Source: Paragordius varius (Eukaryota > Animalia > Nematomorpha). Taken from it: 64,000 nt of DNA. A model generated the notes under the pieces. It was not told where the DNA came from and searched no databases. It worked only from the letters and a program-made list of their open reading frames with translations. A program made the translations under genes and the position numbers. The DNA lies in the NCBI GenBank assembly GCA_964247055.1, contig OZ176050.1, forward strand, positions 9,920,001-9,984,000, written 5' to 3'. Positions 27,878 to 38,700 of the stretch are shown here, in pieces; position 1 is the stretch's first letter; every line of letters begins with the position of its first letter.

Positions 27878-29425
27878 TCACGGATGAGAAGCATCAACCT
27901 GAGAACCTTGCAATTTTTGCCACTGAGCTTGAGCAAGCCAAGCCTTCAATTGACTCTTATCTACATTGCGGTCCGCTAACCAAGCTTGAACTTTAGAAAC
28001 CAAAGTTGGATCCAATAAATTGGCGGGTTGATATGGGCCTTGTGTGTTTGGATACAAGGGAGGAGGTTGTACAGATGGTCCAGGATAAGTCGTTTGCGGT
28101 CCAACTGGTATATATCGCTGATCAACTACACTACCCGATGGGAATGGGGGATAAGTTGGATCGGTTTGAGGAGGCAAATACGCACTAGTTGGGCGATTAG
28201 GCTGCAAGCTGCCATATCCAACATTCGGGATTGGTTGTCTGGGCGTTGGTAAAACTTTACCAACTTGTGATAAATCAAGGTGTGTTGGACCTTGATTCAC
28301 AGTGACAGGGATGTTTGGATTCAAAAATGGTGGAACATTGGGACCAGTTTGAAAACCTGTTGTCACAGTATCAATCGTATTGGCCGAACGCGGAAAAGGT
28401 TGTTGAGAGGCAAACCCTGGTGGTCCCCCAAACGGTGGCTGCGATATATCACCAGCATTGCTTATAATCGATGGTTGAGGCGGGAAAGGGGATTTAGAGA
28501 AATCAGCATTTGGTGGATAGCCATTAAATGATTCTAACGGCGTTACAACAGAAGTACCAGTCACAACTTGAGATATCGTTGGATGTGTATCTGGTGAGCC
28601 TGGGAGCTCAGTAATAACTGGTGGTGTTTCATAAGCTTGACCAACGACCTTGTTTGTCACTAGGTTGGGAAATGCAATCGGCTGGTACCATTTAACAATG
28701 TAATCACGAGGTAGCAAATTCAAACCCAACTGTTGTTCGGTTATAGGGACATACCTTGTGTTAGTAAGTGAATACTGTTTGGGTACATCGGTGATTGTCG
28801 TAACCGGAGTTTGAATTATGTTAAATCGAACACCGGTGCCTGTATAAGTTTTTGGTACCAATTGATAGTCCTGCACATACTTTTCAACCAACGTATTGGT
28901 GACACCGGTTTTAAGTTCTTCGTGTGGAACATATTGCACATCATAACCGGTTACAGACTTGGGTTTATAAATGATTTGTTGCTCTTCTCTGGTCTGAGGA
29001 ACAAGAGAATATTCAGTAGTTTGATATGATTTTGGTTTTAAAGTTAATTGTTTGATTATTTGACTAACAGGAACTTGTTTGGTTTTGACAACATTTTCAA
29101 CGTTTGGGATATATTTCACGGTTTGAACTTGATTCACTTGCGGGATACTAGCAACACCTTGAAAATTTAAGGTTCCGGGAACGTAATTAATTGTGGGAAC
29201 ATTCTGGACAGTTGGTTGAACACCCAGTGTTTTGTAATAATATTCTACAGGTTTTTCGACATAGCCATGAATGTGAGCCACTGAATCACTATACGTTTGA
29301 TCATTGTAGGGTATGATAGGAGACACAGGGTATATGGGGCCGTTTGAAGGCAAATTTTTAAAATCTGGCAAATTTTGAGCCCACAAAAAACTACTTAGTA
29401 AAGTATACAAAAAATATTGAAACAT
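27878..29425 (-). CDS. Intronless, probably secreted Pro/Val/Gln/Tyr-rich structural protein (515 aa) with 12-residue repeats, articulin/platein-like
   Basis: Single 1548-nt ORF, GC-richer than its flanks. Hydrophobic N-terminus MFQYFLYTLLSSFLWA. Pro occurs at 14 of 16 consecutive 12-residue positions (59-239). The C-terminal half is Pro-rich. Confidence 0.8.
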   Translation of the reverse strand: MFQYFLYTLLSSFLWAQNLPDFKNLPSNGPIYPVSPIIPYNDQTYSDSVAHIHGYVEKPVEYYYKTLGVQPTVQNVPTINYVPGTLNFQGVASIPQVNQVQTVKYIPNVENVVKTKQVPVSQIIKQLTLKPKSYQTTEYSLVPQTREEQQIIYKPKSVTGYDVQYVPHEELKTGVTNTLVEKYVQDYQLVPKTYTGTGVRFNIIQTPVTTITDVPKQYSLTNTRYVPITEQQLGLNLLPRDYIVKWYQPIAFPNLVTNKVVGQAYETPPVITELPGSPDTHPTISQVVTGTSVVTPLESFNGYPPNADFSKSPFPPQPSIISNAGDISQPPFGGPPGFASQQPFPRSANTIDTVTTGFQTGPNVPPFLNPNIPVTVNQGPTHLDLSQVGKVLPTPRQPIPNVGYGSLQPNRPTSAYLPPQTDPTYPPFPSGSVVDQRYIPVGPQTTYPGPSVQPPPLYPNTQGPYQPANLLDPTLVSKVQAWLADRNVDKSQLKAWLAQAQWQKLQGSQVDASHP

Positions 29426-30387
29426 TTAGTTAAATTTATAACTTATAAATTAAGTTTCGAAAATCCGGTATTTATATCCTCAATATTAGATTTGAATAAA
29501 TTACAAGTACTCAAGGTAATATGCATTCAAATTATTAATTTCAAATAATAAATTGTTTTTCTATCCCTATAAAAATATTTTAGATATAATTAACAGATAT
29601 AAGTTTTGAATAATAAATAGATTTAGTATAAAAATAAATATAATTTGAATAAGGGTTGAATATTTATAAAAACATTTTTATTAGCCAAACTTTGGATAGA
29701 ATAATACAAAAACATTAAAATATTCAAAAAATTGAAAATCTAGATTACCACAACAATTTATGCAAATAAAATTATAATACAAAATAAATTTTATACTTTT
29801 AGTAAATGCAATAACACGTTTTTTAAGTATTCTTAATCGTCTGCTTGAGCTGTTAAATGAAACGTGTTAAAGAGACACCGATAATGGAAGAATTAAGGTA
29901 CAATACGGACATATTTATTAAAGAAGGCAAATAATTCAAACGAATCCGATAGTGTCTTATAAAAGCTTGGGTGTGTTAAAAAACGTTAAAGCAGTTACTA
30001 ATACTATATCTTTTTATATAACTTTCGGTATATTATAATGATTAAAATTTAAAGGTTATGTTGATAATGTCAAACAAATCAAACCAACGACATACTCTGT
30101 TTGCATCAGGGATAAAAAAGATGTTTTGAATTTCATTTATTTCGATATAGTATGTTTTGTAATAAAAATATATTAATTAATATTAATAGGATAAAAGGAA
30201 TAATATTGCACGCGGACAGCTCCTTAGGTTTAAATGAGTATTAATTATTGTTATAGATGCGTGTTAAAATGGAATAAATTGGCCAACGTGTTTCATTGTA
30301 TTAGATGGAGAATCACAACTAAATTTGAAATGGATAAAAGCTTATTGGAGTCAGACATATAGCTATATCATAAAAATTAATAAATAT

Positions 30388-30983
30388 TTAGGTTTTTTCA
30401 ATTGGTTCAGGTTGATCAATGCGACAAACTGTTTGTACAGGTATAAAATATCCTTCATAAGAACACAAATCAGGTGTTGTATCGTAATGATAGTGTCCTC
30501 CATATTTGATGTTTTCATAATCAAATGGTTGTGACGATCTAACATAGTCAGAAAAAAAGAATACTGATTTTTATCTTCGGAGGCGTTAGAGGGGGAATTA
30601 GATCCACTAATGGTTTGCGGATCTGCTGTGGTTTGAAAGCAATGCGCATGTTTGCACCTTAATCCCAAATTCTGATAAAATTAAATATATATATATATCA
30701 TATTAGTTCGGTCCTTTTGTGTATTAATATTTGGTATTTAAAAATTTAACTCTAAGAAATGGTTTTAAATATAAAAAAAACCATGATCCGTTTTATCATT
30801 CCTTATACTGAGTTGGAAAAAGAAGAATAATATATATAAACAATAAATTCACATCCCAAATTATACTTTATAGTCCTTATTTACTAAGACACCGACGCAG
30901 GTAAGCGGTGCAGGAACATGAAAAAAACGCAACCATTCCATCATTTTTTCATCTGAGTCAAGAGGATCTGGGCAGAAATTTGG

Positions 30984-31046
<63 letters not shown>

Positions 31047-34000
31047 TTATGTTTTACGACTGTGTGTATTTTTATGTAACTTTTCACTGTACTTAAAACA
31101 AAGGTTAAATAATTGGTGAATATATTTTGAAACCATAATAGTGTTTAATATATTCTTCTAGTACTACAATATTCAAATAATTCCTATGTCAACCACAAGA
31201 GCCTTTTTACAAATTAAACTCGTATTTTATAAAATTCCATCTATGGTGTTTATAAATCGTTTATTGTTAAATATGGGCTATCTTTTTGTTTTTAGAAGAT
31301 TGACTAGAAATGCCAATTTACTCCTTAGTAAAAGACATTCATCTGTATGTTTTAAAAAAATAATAGATATGGAATAATATCGTTAGGGTAGAAAAAATAG
31401 TGTAAACTGTGATGAGTCGTGAATAAATTAATAAAGAAATTTGTATGTTAATATTAGCGGATGTTATTAAACTTTTTTGACTATCCTATGTATATTACAA
31501 CTATCAAAGGATAATTCTTAATTTCATATTTTTCTGGATACTGCTTAACAGAAAAAAAGTTTCTGTGGGTTATCGATCATACAAATTTAATATAAAACAA
31601 TAAATATATAATCACATTTAAAGAAAGTTCAATGCAATCAACTCCGTTTTCATTATAAATTTTTTAATCTAATAGCAGAAACAATAAGATTAACCCTATT
31701 AGATCAGATGTTTCCATAAGCTAGTAAATAAAATATCAATAATCACATTATATTTTCAAAATTAAACATAAAAAAGAAAAATTGCCTAGCATACAATGAA
31801 TCTTATGTACCTATCACAAGGAAAAGAAAAGTGCCAATTCGTCAAAACATACAAATAAACATTTGATGGTCAAAAAACTTTGTGTGTCTCTAAAATTATT
31901 ATATTAGTATAACATAGGGGTGATCCTCATGCGGCTGTCCAAGACATTATGTGCGGCCCGCGAACAAAATCCCATAAAATTTTAGTTAAATTTATTTTTC
32001 GCAGATAGATTTTTGAAATATTATATCCAAATGACAAGAATGATTAAACATCTGTTTGCATTTTACAGCTATGATTAAAATCTAATAAAATATTTATAAA
32101 TGCTTGCATATATATTTCGAATGTGGTCCATCAGTTTTTTTGTGTTCAAAATGCGGCCCATGCAGCCATTTGTGATAGACACCCCTGGTTTAACAGAATA
32201 TTTTTTCCATAAACTCGTTATAAATTTTTTTTATTAGGAACATTTACCAATCAATTTAAACATGTAATTTTTCATCTGGTATTTAAATAATTTTTTTCCA
32301 TTATTAGATACGAAATTAACGTTGTGACTTATAATATCATGATAAGGGTTGAGTTTCGACTGGTCGAAAAAATATAACAGGTCTGACCGCATATGAATGC
32401 AGTATGGTCTGATTAAGCAGACATTTTACCACAAAAATTGGTTTTGTTAGTTATAATTTCCTAATACTATTACTTAAAAATTAAATTTAGGTAATTCCTT
32501 AATTATGACATTCAATATAAAATTTATACTAATATACAGTATTAATTTTGTTAGGTTTTAAATTATATTTCAAAGTATTTGACTAATTTTTTAGGTCACA
32601 GTCAACCGCATTTATGGACCCAAGCCCCCAAAATATTTTATACATTATTCATACCATGATGTGAATTTTGGCCGTTCCCGTTTTTAAAACAAACACACCA
32701 CCAAGCCCAATAAATTTGTCGGCATAATCTTCTTTGAGACAATCTCGGATAACTTCTAGAAAATCGGTATTTTCTGGATGCAAACTTTTGCTAACAGAAA
32801 TTCTGATGGCCTAGATTTTAATAATTACAGTTATAAGGAAAATGAAAAAATTAGCAGATATTTTTTATAAAAACAACCATATTTTATGATCCTTGTTTTT
32901 TTTATAAATGACTCATCGTTTTAGGTTGCGAAACAAGAAATGGAGATGTAAATTTGCAGCATCTCCTTTATTATATATTTTACAATTGTAAATTTAAAGG
33001 TTTAAAAAAATTAAGGTATAAAAAGGTATGACCGTCTAGTTTTCATGTTTTTAATTTCTACTAAAATAAAATAATACTTTTCCCGGCATGCCTTTCGTAG
33101 CCAAAAAATTTCCGAGCAAACCGAATTGGGTGGAATTGAGGCGATCAATTGAAGGCAAACTTTCTTCTGCATTATCCTTAAATTAAAAAATCATATTACA
33201 ACAAAAACTACCAAAAATCAAATATGGTAATATAAAGAAATTAAAAATATAATCGTAAATAAAGAATAAATATAATACTGTACCGTTTCTCCATACCTTT
33301 TAGTTAAAATTACTGCATGGATAAATTTATTGATCAATTTTTATAAATATATAGATATCTTGTTTCATGTAATTATTATCAATTAATTTATAATAAAACA
33401 GAAGTGTACCAAAGTTAAATTTATAGAAAAAGAGTATATTTTATAGCCAATTAATTATTATGTTTCATGTTTTAGAAATTAATTAAACTCATTTACTAGT
33501 AAAAATTATACCAGTACATAACATTTAAATAAAAGAAATTATATTAGTTGGATATAATAATATATACCGAAGGTACAATCTTGGCTATATAAGATAAATT
33601 TTTTTCGATAACATAATTTTTCCCAAATTTCATGTTGGCAATAAGCTTTAATTTATATCAGTTTTAAATACTTCACTATTAGTTTTGATTTCATTGAATG
33701 GACCTGCTCCAGCACCTATGTAAAAACCTTCGGACATATCAACCAAGGTTGATATTACGCGTAAATCGTAAACTTTTTCCAAATTAGGTGAAGGACTTAA
33801 ATATGCCTGACCACCAACGTCAAGTAATTTGGGATATCCACATATACCTAAAATTACAATATACAAATTACCAGGAGCGGCTAAATGGAAAGGGGATTTT
33901 GTAAGATCGGGTACATTATTAACACTAACATCGGATATCTGAAAATGTTTCCCAATGTTTTTCTTAATTACTAAAATAAAATTATTGAATGCCTTCCGCA

Positions 34001-34047
34001 ATTTCGATCATGTTTATGTTTGGGACTATTTCTTGAACAACCTTCAT
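30388..34047 (-). CDS. C11orf54: Ester hydrolase C11orf54/PTD012 homolog (DUF1907), 345 aa; 9 exons
   Basis: Exons 33993-34047, 33872-33970, 33672-33847, 33568-33645, 33078-33176, 32655-32810, 30867-30983, 30565-30671, 30388-30538 (1038 nt, open). Motifs PDLTKSPF..GICG, VYDL, IGAGAGPF, IGLGGVF and HAH...GGHYHYDTTPD..YEGYF.P...RIDQP. Introns are 22 (GC-AG), 24, 26, 391, 267, 1671, 195 and 26 nt. Confidence 0.93.
30985..31038. repeat. (TA)27 microsatellite abutting a 3' splice site
   Basis: The run ends directly in the AG acceptor (30984-30985, minus strand) of C11orf54 exon 7. Confidence 0.9.
31915..32187. mobile_element. hAT (Charlie-like) MITE
   Basis: TAGGGGTG...CACCCCTG termini, internal GCGGCCC motifs, and 8-bp flanks GTATAACA / GTTTAACA (7/8 identical). 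Confidence 0.7.
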
Positions 34048-34167
34048 ATTTCATATGGTAATTTCAACTGTTTTTAGGCATGCAAAGATTGCCATAAGAT
34101 AGCATTTTAAAACCATATTTAAATCCACCCTTAATTTTTTTGAAGTCTACACTAATATTTATTAGTC
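34048..34167. promoter_or_regulatory. Compact bidirectional promoter region, C11orf54/MRPS25
   Basis: 120 nt separate the two divergent ATGs. No specific promoter motif was identified. Confidence 0.6.
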
Positions 34168-34774
34168 ATGCCTTTAATGAAAGGGCCGGCGCCCATAAGA
34201 CACACGCTCAAATACCTGGAAGCTGGTTCATTATATCTTAAAAACTTTGTAAAAATAATGATAATACATCACAATGATCCCGAGAAAGATCCAAATAAAT
34301 TTTGTACTGGCATATCGTAACCTATTTCTTTAATGATTTTAGGCAAATGATATTTTGGGACTTACCTCAAATACAATATAAAAATCCAAAAGTTCAAATT
34401 ATGCAAATTAAAAATATGACACCTACACCCTTTATATTATTTTATTTTGGTATATGATTTTTTCATTAAAATTAGATGATAAACAGAAAATGTATATGGA
34501 TATATTTAACAAAACACGTTCGGAAATTATGGATTTCATAAGAAATAACATCGCGAAAACGACGGAAGAATTGAAAGAAGAACGTGAAAAATCACGCAAA
34601 ATATTGAATCCTGCAAATTTTGGCACAGATTACGATAGAGAATGCATTTCATTAATTCCTGGCCAAGTTTTTAATTATTCTCTTCACCAACTCCCAGACA
34701 GAATGCGTGGAAAAATGATTCACCCAGAAGGCCGCTCCAAAAAACCTTCACGAGCCGTGTGGGCTATTCAGTGA
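34168..34774 (+). CDS. MRPS25: Mitochondrial ribosomal protein S25, 184 aa; 3 exons
   Basis: Exons 34168-34316, 34343-34449, 34476-34774 (555 nt, open). Motifs [51 protein letters not shown]...GQV and MRGK. Both introns are 26 nt. Confidence 0.94.
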
Positions 34775-35468
34775 TTTTTCTTTTTGATACGTGCAAAATA
34801 AATTTTTAATACATTTTTGGATGAGTGCTAAATTTGAGGACGATTTTTGCGTTATTGTCCCTTTTCTAATCTAAAATGTTTCCATTAAGATATTGAAACA
34901 TATATGGATATCTTTTAAATATTTCTTTTTCTATAATACCTTTTGGCATCTTAGATACAACTTGTGCATCAAAGCTGATTAAACCGGCACGCTTAATATA
35001 GATAAAAAGCTTATAGAGCAAATAGAGAAATGATTAATGCCGTTTATAGATTTTACCTTTAGGATCTTTTTATTGTGAAAGTTTGTTGCAGACATTGCAA
35101 TATACATCTAGGTTTAAGCCATTTTTATGAACCAAAAACATCAATAGTTATTATTTTCCACATGTCTCCGGAATAAAATATTAATTCTTGATAAAAAGCC
35201 ATATTATTCATTATTTAATTTTGTCAAATCAAATTGATACATTTGGCTTCTAGATTATCTCATGTTGTTGTCCCATGTATAATAACCGCAGATGTCACTT
35301 TTTTGTTTGGCTTAGATTAAGTTAACATTTTTTCAAAGTTGAATTTATTACGAAATTTATATTTATCCGTTCAACTATTAGTTTCGTATTTTAAATGACT
35401 TCCATATTTTCCAGAATATACAAGAAATTTTTATTTTAGAGTATTTATCTTATTTTTGACCTAATACC

Positions 35469-35507
<39 letters not shown>

Positions 35508-35732
35508 GACAACCTATCTAAAAAGTAGATCAACAATAATCATAAAATTATGGATGAATAAATTCACCAATAATTTTAAAAGAAAATATATAAAATACCA
35601 TAACCTGGATTAATTTACATAAATAAATAAGTAATCATATTTATTACTTATAAAATATATATTATACATTACCAACATAAACAATATATGTTGGCTAAAA
35701 TGTTATCAAATATGAAAATTATCTCCCGATAA

Positions 35733-38700
35733 CTATTTTCGACTGTTGGCAACATTTTTGGTATTGATCGGTGTTTTTTGGGAAGTTGCTGGACCCCACG
35801 GATTATTATGGTTTAAAGCGACAGGGAAAGGATCTGTTAAATCTTCCATTTCATGATTTTTGGTTTCGCCGCCAAAGTGCGAATCATTGAATGTTCTAGA
35901 ACGGAGAGAGCGTGTATTTTCAATTATTTCATCATCCACTGTTGCTTTAGTAATGACCATCATTTCATCCTTTGGCATAATATTAAGTTAATAAATATAA
36001 CGAAAAATATAAATATATGATGCGCAATTCTGGATGTGTTCAACAAACAACATTTACAGTGGACAGGACGTTATAAGTAAACTTTTATAGCGCCTTTATG
36101 AATTAGCTTGCTGATTACACTAGACAACAACTTTTGAATTTAACTAGTTTAAATCATCTAAATCCGAAATTTGGTTCTGACTCCACACATATAGATTTAA
36201 ATTAATATTTTTTGAATTTAAAAATCGGAACGGACACATGAACAGATATTTCATAAGATAAAAAGATATCGTTATGAAACACTTATATAATTAAATAAAG
36301 CAAAAAACTATCTTTTTTATATATATTATACAAGCTTTCATTAAAATTCATAATTTGACCAAAATGTGAGCTCCAAAAACGTTAAATATGTCCGAATGTA
36401 ATGATAACATAATTACATTATAGATTAAAATATGAGCTTTCAGAATATATATTGTTTTTGTCCAATTTTAGTATTTAAAGTTATAAGCCAGTTTAAGTAT
36501 ATCAGTAGCGAAAAACCCAACATTTACGTCAAAATATATTTTCCTCGGATACTTTTATACTTTTTGAATGAGAGGGATTGCTATTAACATTATATAGAAT
36601 CGACTGTATTAAAATGGTTAAATAAGTCGAAAAATCTATTGGGCAATGAAAATAAATGCTTTCGTAAAGAAAATACTTATTAGATTTATTTAATCGAAAA
36701 TAAACACATTTTGAATCACATTTAATTTACCTATTGTTTTATATATACAGTGATGTATCCTTTATTTTATCAAAAATTTATTTTTTTCGTTAACTGGGTA
36801 CAAATATTTGGTAAAGAATCGAAAAAACAAGAGCTTTATGGTATTCTTATTTTTTGATGAATTTGATATTGTTAATACCACAGAGCTCCTGTTTTTTCCA
36901 TTCTTTACCAAATATTTATACTCATTTAACGAATAAATTTTTGATAAAATAAAGGATACATGACTGAAAAAAAAAATTAATCTTATATAAACTCAGTTCT
37001 GGTTGTATCTATTTTCATTCTCGAGTCTTGGTGCATCCTTTCACCCAGTATTATATTTCAATAATTTTTCTTGGTGATCGTCAACCATGTGCATTTTCAT
37101 GCTCATTAGACAATCTATATTTTAGATGAGAAACCCAGATCTTGAAAACTTCTTAAAAAAATCTAGCCAATACCTTATATCGGGGGGCAATTTGTGTGAT
37201 TGATCCTATGACTATAATAAGAACGTGCATACTATATAAAAAAAGATTGTTGGGGTTCCAGTTCCTTCATAATTAGATCGAATAGTTGTTCAAGGGGACC
37301 CCTCATCGATATTAACAAAGTCTACGTTCCCTATTTAAATGTTTAAATTTTTTTTCAGTTTTTATAAAAAACCTGGACAAAACATCTATATCATTTAAGC
37401 AATTTAGATTAAAATTTATAGTCACCCAGGCTAAAGCAGAGGCCGACGTGGTAACGGGATCCATGATCAAAAAGATATATACAAGGCAAGCATTTGATGC
37501 TATGCAAAAATTTGATTTTAGGTTTTAGGTATGTATATTTTTATTATAAGATCAACAATTTATTTTGCTTTCAGTTTCGCACCGATATAAAGAATTGGCA
37601 GAATATTTTATTAAAAGTTTTAATGATATGGGTATTTCATTATTTTTAATCTAGTCGTCAAATGTGCATGAATAGGCACATAGTTTACGAACACCTAGAT
37701 AAATTTCCATTTGTTACAGAGTGGGTGAAAGGATGCGCCAAGACTTAAGAAGATTTGAAAATAGATAGAACCAGAAAAATAGTATAAAAATATTTTCTGA
37801 TTTTATATAAAATGATAGTACACAATTTATTTATATGCGATATAATAAAACAATAAATAAATGTGATTCCAACTGTATTTATTATTAATTAGATTTATTT
37901 AGCATGAAAAGATTTCTCTGCCATAATGATAATAATAAATTATAAAAACCAGAAAGTAGCGTTAACACCATAACCCAATAGATTTTTCAACGTATGTAAG
38001 TTATTTAAAATCTATAAAGTCCATTCATATAAATGTTAGTATATCATATCTATCTAGTTCAATTTCAATAATAAAAGTATATACGAGGAAAATATTCTGA
38101 CTTGAAGTTAGTGTGAGTTTTTTGTAACTGATGTACTTGAATTGACTCATAACTTTAAGATAAAAGAATTAGACAAAAACTAATATATATTCTGAGAGCT
38201 GATATAATCTGTAAAATAATTGTTTTCATAACATTCTGACATATTTTACGTTTGAGCTCGCAAAACAAAAAATTGGACTATGATTATCTAAAATGTGCAA
38301 TTAAGTGAGAGCGTATATTATATATTAATATTAAAAAGATAGAAATTTGGATACCTTAGTTAATGATATAAATTATTCTCAATATCTTTCTATTTTAAAA
38401 AATATTTCATCAAGTGTCCGATATTTGGGAATTTTACAAAATATTAATTTGCTCAAAAATGTGTCGAGTCAAAAAAAATTCGGATTCGGATTTAAAACAT
38501 TTAGTTAAGATTTTCAGAAATTCCAGTTAAAAATTTGACTAATTATCATGCATTCCGATAATTAAATAAAGGTTAGTACGAAGTTGAAGCACCTTAAGTT
38601 TATGGGTATATAGACCCCTTAAAACGACCCAAAAATTATATATAAAAATTAAACATTTTTATTGAATATCTGTAACATTTTATTAATTATTTATTATAAC

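Noticed and set aside
34667-34701. GT...AG segment in MRPS25 exon 3 as a 35-nt intron
   Set aside because: The unspliced reading [18 protein letters not shown] is collinear with the family motif, and splicing would shift the frame.
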